DNA of 64,000 nt from Candidatus Anstonella stagnisolia. GTDB lineage: Archaea; Micrarchaeota; Micrarchaeia; Anstonellales; Anstonellaceae. A program made the position numbers and the translations under genes. The stretch spans positions 15,062-79,061 of the forward strand of contig CABMCJ010000002.1 of the NCBI GenBank assembly GCA_902384585.1, in the 5' to 3' direction. Each line of letters begins with the position of its first letter. Position 1 is the stretch's first letter. The notes beneath the pieces are model-generated. The model was not told the origin of the DNA, did no database searches, and saw nothing but the letters and a program-made list of their open reading frames with translations. Positions 27,349 through 34,482 of the stretch are shown here, piece after piece.

Positions 27349-28149
27349 ATGAAAGCGCAGGGTGCGACGGAATATTTAGTTATTGTAGGTGTTGTCCTTG
27401 CCATAGCCCTTGTGTGCGTAGCGCTCCTCGTATGGCCAGTTGAAACTACAAAGGATGCAAAAAAGCAGCAAACGGACGTGCATTTCAAAATAGCGGCAAT
27501 GGAATATCCTGATTTGCTGCAGGGGCTTGTTGCATATTGGAAATTTGATGATGGAAGCGGCATAAGCGCAACGGACAGCAGGGGCACGGCTACTGGTACT
27601 TTGACAAACGGGCCGGCTTGGACAACAAATGCCAAAAGCGGGAAAGCGGTTGTTTTTGACGGCACAAACGATTATGTAACCTATGGCAGCCCGGCTGCGC
27701 TCAACCTGCCAACCACAAGGACAGTAGTGGCATGGGTGAAAACTGAGAATTCCCAGAGGAACACCATTGTGAACAAGGGCACGCAGTATTGGGTAATAAT
27801 AGAGGCAGGCAACCAGGTTTACTATTATTACTGGGGTGCGGTTTCTGGGGCATGGCGCATATACAATACTCCAGCAGCCATAACCCCAGGCGTGTGGACG
27901 CATATTGCAGTTGTAGAAGACACTTCCTGGTCCATGCCAAAGATTTATGTAAATGGCACGGAAATGGCGCTCACTGGAAATCCAACAAGGGAAGCAAACT
28001 CCGGAAGCTCGACCACCTTATATGCGGGCGGATACCAGGGCGCAAATTACAATTTCAACGGCACGATAGATGAACTGATGATTTTCAACCGCGCATTGTC
28101 CGCAGGGGAGGTGCGCCTTCTTTATGAGAACCCTGGGTATCCGCAGTAG
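27349..28149 (+). CDS. Pilin-like protein with LamG lectin domain, copy 3
   Basis: [40 protein letters not shown]...[14 protein letters not shown]...[10 protein letters not shown]...[29 protein letters not shown]. Start trimmed to ATG 27349. Confidence 0.7.
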   Translation: MKAQGATEYLVIVGVVLAIALVCVALLVWPVETTKDAKKQQTDVHFKIAAMEYPDLLQGLVAYWKFDDGSGISATDSRGTATGTLTNGPAWTTNAKSGKAVVFDGTNDYVTYGSPAALNLPTTRTVVAWVKTENSQRNTIVNKGTQYWVIIEAGNQVYYYYWGAVSGAWRIYNTPAAITPGVWTHIAVVEDTSWSMPKIYVNGTEMALTGNPTREANSGSSTTLYAGGYQGANYNFNGTIDELMIFNRALSAGEVRLLYENPGYPQ

Positions 28150-28226
28150 GGGGGGTTTATTCTTATTGGAATAAAAAATGCAGAAATCTATTTATATGCA
28201 GCCCGCGTTTTCAATGCGGTGAGTTT

Positions 28227-29399
28227 ATGGCGAAATATTTGTTCACTTCAGAGTCGGTAACAGAGGGGCACCCGGACAAGGTGTGCGACCAGATTTCAGA
28301 TGCGATACTTGACGAGCTCATAAAGCAGGACCCGCAGTCGCACGTTGCGGTTGAGGCGCTTGTCACAACGGGCATAATTGTTGTTGCGGGCGAGGTCACT
28401 ACGAAAGGGTATGCGGACGTAGAGGGGATAATAAGGAAAACAATTGACGGGATTGGGTACAACAAGCCGGAATATTATTTTGATTCGAAAGGGAGCGGGG
28501 TGATGGTGTCCATACACTCGCAGTCCCCTGACATTGCACAGGGAGTGAAAGAGGAGAACCTTGAGAATATAGGGGCAGGCGACCAGGGGATTATGTTTGG
28601 GTATGCGGTTGACGAGACGCCGGAGCTTATGCCGCTTCCGATTTCACTTGCGCACAAGCTTGCGCACAAGCTTTCAACTGTCCGAAAAAGCAATGAGCTT
28701 GCGTATTTGCGCCCTGACGGGAAAACGCAGGTCACTGTGGAGTACGATGAGCAGCACAAGCCGCAGCGCGTCACTACAGTTGTGATTGCTGCACAGCACG
28801 ATGAAAAATTTGAGGGAAAGGAGCTTACTGCACAGAAAATAAAGGAGGACTTAATTGAGCACGTTGTAAAGCCCGTGCTTGGGAAATATTTCAATGCGCA
28901 AACGCAGGTTGTTGTGAACGGGACAGGGAGGTTCGTGCTGGGCGGGCCTGCAGGAGACACAGGAGTAACCGGAAGGAAAATTATTGTAGACACCTATGGA
29001 GGCATGGCAGCGCACGGAGGCGGGTGCTTCTCTGGGAAAGACCCCACAAAAGTGGACAGGAGCGCCTGCTACATGGCAAGGTACATTGCGAAGAATATTG
29101 TTGCGGCAGGCTTGGCAAGCAAATGCGAAGTGCAGCTTGCGTATGTAATCGGTGTTGCGGAGCCCGTCTCGATTTTTGTGGACACTTTCGGGACCGAGAA
29201 GGTTGCAAAAGAGAAAATTGAGCCGCTCATAAGGAAGCATTTCCGCCTCAAGCCAGGGCAAATCATACAGGACTTGCAGTTGAGAAGGCCGATTTACAAA
29301 AAAACTGCCGCGTATGGGCACTTCGGGCGCGAAGAGCCGGAATTCGCTTGGGAGAAAAAGGACAAGGCAGCTGCATTGAGGAAAGAAGCAGGTCTTTAG
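28227..29399 (+). CDS. metK: S-adenosylmethionine synthetase, bacterial/eukaryotic type
   Basis: [36 protein letters not shown] and [19 protein letters not shown] are all canonical MetK motifs. TATA-like TTTATATG lies about 30 nt upstream. Confidence 0.95.
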   Translation: MAKYLFTSESVTEGHPDKVCDQISDAILDELIKQDPQSHVAVEALVTTGIIVVAGEVTTKGYADVEGIIRKTIDGIGYNKPEYYFDSKGSGVMVSIHSQSPDIAQGVKEENLENIGAGDQGIMFGYAVDETPELMPLPISLAHKLAHKLSTVRKSNELAYLRPDGKTQVTVEYDEQHKPQRVTTVVIAAQHDEKFEGKELTAQKIKEDLIEHVVKPVLGKYFNAQTQVVVNGTGRFVLGGPAGDTGVTGRKIIVDTYGGMAAHGGGCFSGKDPTKVDRSACYMARYIAKNIVAAGLASKCEVQLAYVIGVAEPVSIFVDTFGTEKVAKEKIEPLIRKHFRLKPGQIIQDLQLRRPIYKKTAAYGHFGREEPEFAWEKKDKAAALRKEAGL

Positions 29400-29446
29400 G
29401 TGCGGAAAACCTGCAAGGAAATTGCGCTTAGGAAAGAGGCAGGGAT

Positions 29447-30163
29447 TTAGTGGACTATTCCTTGCCCCCTTATTGCAAAAATTGTGCCATCCTCTTCCTT
29501 GGAGTGCCAGTTTCCTGAAGGCAGGAGGGAAAGCGTGTCCGAAGACCTGCCAAATGCGATGCCCCCGGTTTGGACAACGCGCGTAAGTTCGCCTGCAACT
29601 GCAGTGCAAAAGCCGGCGCACGAAATGCCCTCTGGGAAATACAATTCCTTGTCGCCGGTTATGAGATTCATCATTGCAACTACCGGGCTGGAAGTTGGAA
29701 CAAGCTGCAAAAAGTCAGGCATGTTCGCCTCTATAAGAAGTATCCCTATGTTGGACGTTGTTGTGATGCCAAGCTGGGATATCAGTGCGCTTGGGTTATC
29801 TGGGAAGCACACATCAATGCCGATATAATTTTGCGCCCCAAGGGACCTTGCAAATGCTATTGAGGAAAGCATGCGCTCCCTGCCGCACCCCAAATCCATG
29901 AGGGTTTTGCCACTTACGAGACACTGCAGATTTACGCCTGCTTCGCCGGCGTGCTTAAGAATCTGCTCGGTTGGGACCAGAAGGTTGCCACTGCGCATTT
30001 GTTCACCGTAAGCGCGCCTCAGGCTTTCCACAAGCACGCTTTTTTGGGACACGCTCTGTAAAACTGAGCGCCTTGGGAGGCGGGAGAAATCAACTGCAAA
30101 AGGCAGGCCGGGGGCATTCCTGTAAACTATGCCGCGGGTGTAGCCTGGGGCTGATGCCATCAT
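29447..30163 (-). CDS. Putative class I SAM-dependent methyltransferase
   Basis: KTLMDLGCGRE (motif I-like) followed by a NYIGIDV acidic loop. Otherwise unrecognised. Confidence 0.45.
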   Translation of the reverse strand: MMASAPGYTRGIVYRNAPGLPFAVDFSRLPRRSVLQSVSQKSVLVESLRRAYGEQMRSGNLLVPTEQILKHAGEAGVNLQCLVSGKTLMDLGCGRERMLSSIAFARSLGAQNYIGIDVCFPDNPSALISQLGITTTSNIGILLIEANMPDFLQLVPTSSPVVAMMNLITGDKELYFPEGISCAGFCTAVAGELTRVVQTGGIAFGRSSDTLSLLPSGNWHSKEEDGTIFAIRGQGIVH

Positions 30164-30227
30164 GTTATTATGAATGAATTTTAGTGCTTAAAAAGATATG
30201 CTAATATAGGCTTTTGCTTCCAATTAA

Positions 30228-30290
30228 ATTCATTGATGAAAAGCAGGTTTGCTGACCTTGGAATGATGATAACCTGGAGCACTGAATCCG
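30228..30290 (+). ncRNA. C/D box sRNA (2'-O-methylation guide)
   Basis: C box TTGATGA at 30233-30239, then a 12-nt guide AAAGCAGGTTTG, then D' CTGA at 30252-30255. A 7-nt spacer follows, then C' ATGATGA at 30263-30269, a 12-nt guide TAACCTGGAGCA, and D CTGA at 30282-30285. This is the exact C-12-D'/C'-12-D architecture of archaeal sRNAs. It lies in an intergenic region about 50 nt upstream of tRNA-Val. Confidence 0.7.
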
Positions 30291-30340
30291 TTCGGTGCGC
30301 ACATATGTTTTTTAGCATTGTTTTGCATAAACCATGCGCT

Positions 30341-30413
30341 GGGCCCATAGTCGAATGGTTAAGACGCTACTCTCACACAGTAGAGACTGGGGGTTCGATT
30401 CCCTCTGGGCCCA
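30341..30413 (+). tRNA. tRNA-Val (CAC)
   Basis: Acceptor GGGCCCA/TGGGCCC, anticodon arm CTACT-CTCACAC-AGTAG, T arm GGGGG-TTCGATT-CCCTC, discriminator A. No intron and no encoded CCA. Confidence 0.9.
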
Positions 30414-32039
30414 CTATTTCCCGTATTTTTTCTTCAGCTCCTCGAGCTTTTTGTCCGTCTTCTTTTCCGCTTCCAGGCGCTCAAGGGAGCTTTCGGACAT
30501 GTCAACGAATTTCATGCCGGATGCGAAAAGAGGATGCACCTTTTGCATTTCAAGGAACATTTCGTGCGCCATTCTGCGGTAGTCCTTGTGCCCCTGCACC
30601 ATGCTGCGAAGCTCAATGAAGTGGTAAGTTTCGCGCAAATTCATATTCATGTACCAGCGAAGCCTGTATCCGAGCGGGACAACGTATTGGGCTTGAAGCG
30701 GCATTTTTTCGCGCATGCGCACGTGAAGAGTGGCGGCATTTTCTATTGCTTCTCTTGCGTCTTTTTCAAAGCCGTATTCAGAAAGCTCGGAGGGGAAATC
30801 AAAGCCGTGCTTTGTGCCAAGAAGCTGGCGCTGCTGCGTAAGCACGCGGTGCCTTTGTATGTCGCGGTATGCCCCGAAATTCCCGCATAAGGAGAAACAG
30901 TAGTGAGCGTGCTCGAATGCACGGCCGGGCTTTTGGCGCCGGTTTTGCCGCTTTCCAATGTAAGAGAGGAGGATTTTTTCCTGCTCCTCTTCTTGCATAT
31001 TTTCCGCGAGCGCATAAAGCTCTGCAAGGGACTTGTCGGAATGCTCAAAGAGGATTGCGGCTACTACCTTGCTTTGCGCGTCCTCTTCGTAGTGCACAAG
31101 CTCGACTTCTTTTTGTTGTGAAGCAGTATCATCGTGCAGGCTATATTTTGCAAGCACACTCCCCACTTCTTTTGCTGTTTCTTTCATGTATTCCTGCGTG
31201 CCAAGCCCGTATTTGTCGTTTGAGCGCTTTACGAATGCGGGAATTACTTTTCCAAGCTCCACCTGCGCGCTGGATGCAATGGATTTCATTTCAGGAAGCT
31301 CGTTTGCATAGAGCTTTAGGAGAAGATACTCAAACGCCCGCCCGTTTCCGTACACGCCGGTATTCGTGAGAGTGGAGGCAGGGAGGAGGCAACGGAGCAC
31401 GTCGCACACTTTTGCGCGTATTGCGGACGCGTATGCGCGTTCTGTTACGCCATCAGACAATGGGAATTTTTCCTGCATGCACTTTGTGAGCGGGTCCACA
31501 AGTTTGCTGTAAGTGTCAAAGAGCAAATCCATTGAGCGTATGTATTCGTCTGCGAAATTGCTTTGCATTATGCGCTCTTCGCGCAAATAGCGGTATTTGC
31601 CGTCCTCCTTTTGGTTGAAATACACGTAGCGGGTGGATTTTTCCAATGGGGAAAGCCCTATGCGGCAGTCCTGTATTGCCTTTGTTGCGATATTGGAGAT
31701 GTCCTCTATTGCGATGTGCGCGCCGCCAAGCTCTGCAACCGAATCGTCACCGTATCCTACAAGCACGCGCTCGTAAAACTCCTCTGCTTTTCTTATTGCG
31801 ACAAGCTGGGAATCTCCCTGTGATGCGGAAAAGCCAACTATCTCATTGAAGCCGCTCTCCTGCTTGTTTATGAATTCGTCAAGGAGCACCCTGCGCAAAG
31901 ACTTTGTGGAGCGGGAGTATCTTGAGAAAAGCGCGCCGGAAACTACTTCTGGGAGGTTCACAAGGCAAAAGATAGGCTTGTCCGTGTTTGTGCAGAACCT
32001 TGAGAGCACTTTCTTTTCTTCTTCGCTGAAATTTTCCAC
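30414..32039 (-). CDS. thyX: Flavin-dependent thymidylate synthase ThyX, double-length (tandem ThyX-fold) form
   Basis: The C-terminal half carries the ThyX signature (YRDIQRHRVLTQQRQ). The N-terminal half is ThyX-like with a degenerate motif (LFSRYSRSTKSL). At 541 aa it is about twice a canonical ThyX. Confidence 0.85.
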   Translation of the reverse strand: MENFSEEEKKVLSRFCTNTDKPIFCLVNLPEVVSGALFSRYSRSTKSLRRVLLDEFINKQESGFNEIVGFSASQGDSQLVAIRKAEEFYERVLVGYGDDSVAELGGAHIAIEDISNIATKAIQDCRIGLSPLEKSTRYVYFNQKEDGKYRYLREERIMQSNFADEYIRSMDLLFDTYSKLVDPLTKCMQEKFPLSDGVTERAYASAIRAKVCDVLRCLLPASTLTNTGVYGNGRAFEYLLLKLYANELPEMKSIASSAQVELGKVIPAFVKRSNDKYGLGTQEYMKETAKEVGSVLAKYSLHDDTASQQKEVELVHYEEDAQSKVVAAILFEHSDKSLAELYALAENMQEEEQEKILLSYIGKRQNRRQKPGRAFEHAHYCFSLCGNFGAYRDIQRHRVLTQQRQLLGTKHGFDFPSELSEYGFEKDAREAIENAATLHVRMREKMPLQAQYVVPLGYRLRWYMNMNLRETYHFIELRSMVQGHKDYRRMAHEMFLEMQKVHPLFASGMKFVDMSESSLERLEAEKKTDKKLEELKKKYGK

Positions 32040-32066
32040 CTATCCACCGGGAAATAATTGCGCGCA

Positions 32067-32837
32067 TTATTTTTTAACTGGAACGGTTGCGCACACAAAA
32101 TCAAAAATGTCAAAGGGAAGCGAGTGCTTTTTCTCCAAATTTTGTAAAATGTAATCTGTGAGCATTTTCTTTACGCGCAGGTATTCTTCCCGCCCGACCT
32201 CTACGTTTAGAACCGCGTAACGCTTGTTTTTCACGTTAAAGCAGAAAAGGGAATCAAAAACGTGCTCGCAATTGTGGCAGAACATTATGCCCGAGCAGTT
32301 TGTGCATGCGTCAGCCTCAAAAGCAAGGTTCACACCCTTTGAGTTGTAGCAGTGGATGGAGAATTTTGAGGTGAAGTTCCTTGAGCAGCCGAAAGTCGAC
32401 TCGTTGTAGTCGGTAAGGAAATTGTATGCCACGTATTTCGAGTAGAAACAGTCAACTATCCGATAGGAGCTGAAAAGGTCGGTGTACACCGCGGATTCCT
32501 CAACGTTTATGTTCCTGCCTTCTGCAAGCTCCGTAATGTAGTAGGAAATGCCTGGCAGCTTGTGGGATATTGCGCCCAGCGAATCATTTTCGCTTATTCC
32601 TATTTTCTTTGCGCTAAGCGCTGCAAAGGAATCAAGCCCTGCCGCACGCTCCCTTGGCACCCGCGCGAAAATTGAGTGAGATGGGACGTACAGGGTGCGC
32701 TCGCTTGCGCAGGATTTGCACGTGGTGCCCTTTGGCAGGCGGCGCAAAAGCCAGGGCGCATAATCGTTTATGCCTGCAAGCTCCCTGCCAAAGAGGAGCT
32801 TTGTTGTTTTTGAGAATGCCGTTTCTATTTCTTTCAT
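32067..32837 (-). CDS. Cytoplasmic Cys-rich protein, paralogue B (unknown family)
   Basis: 256 aa, no signal peptide or TM. FGCSRNFTSKFSIHCYNS...ADACTNCSGIMFCHNCEHVFDSLFCFN. Paralogous to the upstream gene. The stop lies 27 nt before the thyX start. Confidence 0.6.
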   Translation of the reverse strand: MKEIETAFSKTTKLLFGRELAGINDYAPWLLRRLPKGTTCKSCASERTLYVPSHSIFARVPRERAAGLDSFAALSAKKIGISENDSLGAISHKLPGISYYITELAEGRNINVEESAVYTDLFSSYRIVDCFYSKYVAYNFLTDYNESTFGCSRNFTSKFSIHCYNSKGVNLAFEADACTNCSGIMFCHNCEHVFDSLFCFNVKNKRYAVLNVEVGREEYLRVKKMLTDYILQNLEKKHSLPFDIFDFVCATVPVKK

Positions 32838-33577
32838 GAGTATGCACCCGAGGAAATTTCAACGAGAGATGGGAAAGTCTTCTTTTCTTTTAGTTCCTGG
32901 GCTATTTCCGCAACTAATTTTTGCTTTAGGGATGAGTATTTGCTTTTCTCAAGAACGTTGTTGCCTATGCATTGGCGCTTTGAGTATTGGTTGAAGGAAA
33001 ACATGGTGTCAATGCACTGCTTGCAATTGTAGCAGAAGTACTGGTCAGAGCAGAATAAGTTGCAGGCGCATTCAAAGCAGCGCACTGCCTTCGTGTATTC
33101 TGTGCAGTTCATGCAGAAGCTGCTGTCCGCCCCGTATGAGCAGCCGAACACGTATTTGTTGCTCATGGACACCTGGCAGTATGCGGCGTGCTCTGAATCA
33201 AAAATTTCGTGCGAGCGGTAGATGAAGGAGGAATTGATGCAGTTTTCAACTTCTTCTACATCGTGGGACGTGCCGAGCACCTTGTTGCCGGAAAATGCAA
33301 AGCTTTCCTGCGCTGCGGCAAGCAGGGAATCAATGTCCTTTATGTCGTTTATGTTAAGGGCTGGGGACTTTATTTTCCCTGCCTCCTCAAGGGAAATGAG
33401 TTTTGCGCCCTTGCAGTAGGGCTCAAAAAAATACACGTCCTTTTTGCTGAGAATGGATTTTGCGCTTTTGAGAGGCTCGACATATCGTGTAAGAAAAGCG
33501 GAGAAATCCTCCAAATCGCCCAATTCCCCGCCAAAGAGAACTCGGCAGGCGGATTTGAAGTCCTTGTTTATGTCCAT
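32834..33577 (-). CDS. Cytoplasmic Cys-rich protein, paralogue A (unknown family)
   Basis: 247 aa. FGCSYGADSSFCMNCTEYTKAVRCFECACNLFCSDQYFCYNCKQCIDTMFSFN. The stop overlaps the start of paralogue B (ATGA). Confidence 0.6.
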   Translation of the reverse strand: MDINKDFKSACRVLFGGELGDLEDFSAFLTRYVEPLKSAKSILSKKDVYFFEPYCKGAKLISLEEAGKIKSPALNINDIKDIDSLLAAAQESFAFSGNKVLGTSHDVEEVENCINSSFIYRSHEIFDSEHAAYCQVSMSNKYVFGCSYGADSSFCMNCTEYTKAVRCFECACNLFCSDQYFCYNCKQCIDTMFSFNQYSKRQCIGNNVLEKSKYSSLKQKLVAEIAQELKEKKTFPSLVEISSGAYS

Positions 33578-33628
33578 TAAAACACCGGCAATGGCATTTG
33601 CAGCCGCCCGTATTTAATGAAAGCGGTT

Positions 33629-34432
33629 TCAGCCAAAAGCGGTTGCTGTCACTATGCCTGCGCACACAAGGAGCAGCCCGGTGATTTCACTTTTTGTGAG
33701 GCGCTCCCGAAAGAGGAAATAGCCGCCGATGTTTATGAAAAGGAAATAGAGGGGCGTCATGAGCGCGGAGGTAACCACTATTGTGACAAGCGGGATTGCA
33801 ATGCTCTCGGAGGCAAATGCTATGAAATTGAAAATGCCTGGAAGCAGCAAAGTATGTGGCTTTTTTGCATGGATGCCGCGTATTGAGGCAAGGGTGATGA
33901 AGAGCATTATGAGGCAGAGCGCGGCTGGGGAGCCAACATTGCTTATTAGGGGGGCAGCAAACACCCAGGTGCTCCATATGAGGATTGCGATAATGAGGTT
34001 TGCTGTCACCTTTGGGTGCTGGCTTATTGCAGTGATGAATATGCCGCCAAATGCGAGCGCTGCGCCGGCTGCGGTTGCTATTGAAAGCGGCTGCCCAAAG
34101 AAAAGCACTGCGAATATTACAACAAGAACTGCCCAGGTGCAGGAAATGGGCCCCACTACGGATGCCTTGCCCTCCTTGAGGGCTTTGAAAAAGAAATATT
34201 GCCCGAAGCTCACGCCTGCGCCCACTATTGCGGCGTAAAAAATGTCAAGAAGGGAAATTTTTGGGATGCCGCTTAGGAGAACCCACACAAGGGAAAGGAG
34301 AAAGCCCGTGAGCCCCATGTAAAAATTCACTGCCCAGTTGCTTTCTGTTTTAAGGAGGTTTTTTGAGAAGATGTCCTTTGCGGCAAACGAGAACGCAGTA
34401 AGGGCAATAAGCGCCAATCCGATTTCAAGCAT
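33629..34432 (-). CDS. EamA/DMT-superfamily transporter
   Basis: 267 aa with about 10 TM helices arranged as two similar halves, the typical EamA architecture. Confidence 0.55.
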   Translation of the reverse strand: MLEIGLALIALTAFSFAAKDIFSKNLLKTESNWAVNFYMGLTGFLLSLVWVLLSGIPKISLLDIFYAAIVGAGVSFGQYFFFKALKEGKASVVGPISCTWAVLVVIFAVLFFGQPLSIATAAGAALAFGGIFITAISQHPKVTANLIIAILIWSTWVFAAPLISNVGSPAALCLIMLFITLASIRGIHAKKPHTLLLPGIFNFIAFASESIAIPLVTIVVTSALMTPLYFLFINIGGYFLFRERLTKSEITGLLLVCAGIVTATAFG

Positions 34433-34482
34433 GCGAGTGCTTCCCTGCGCTTGATTTTAAACCTTTTTAGAGAAATGCATGC

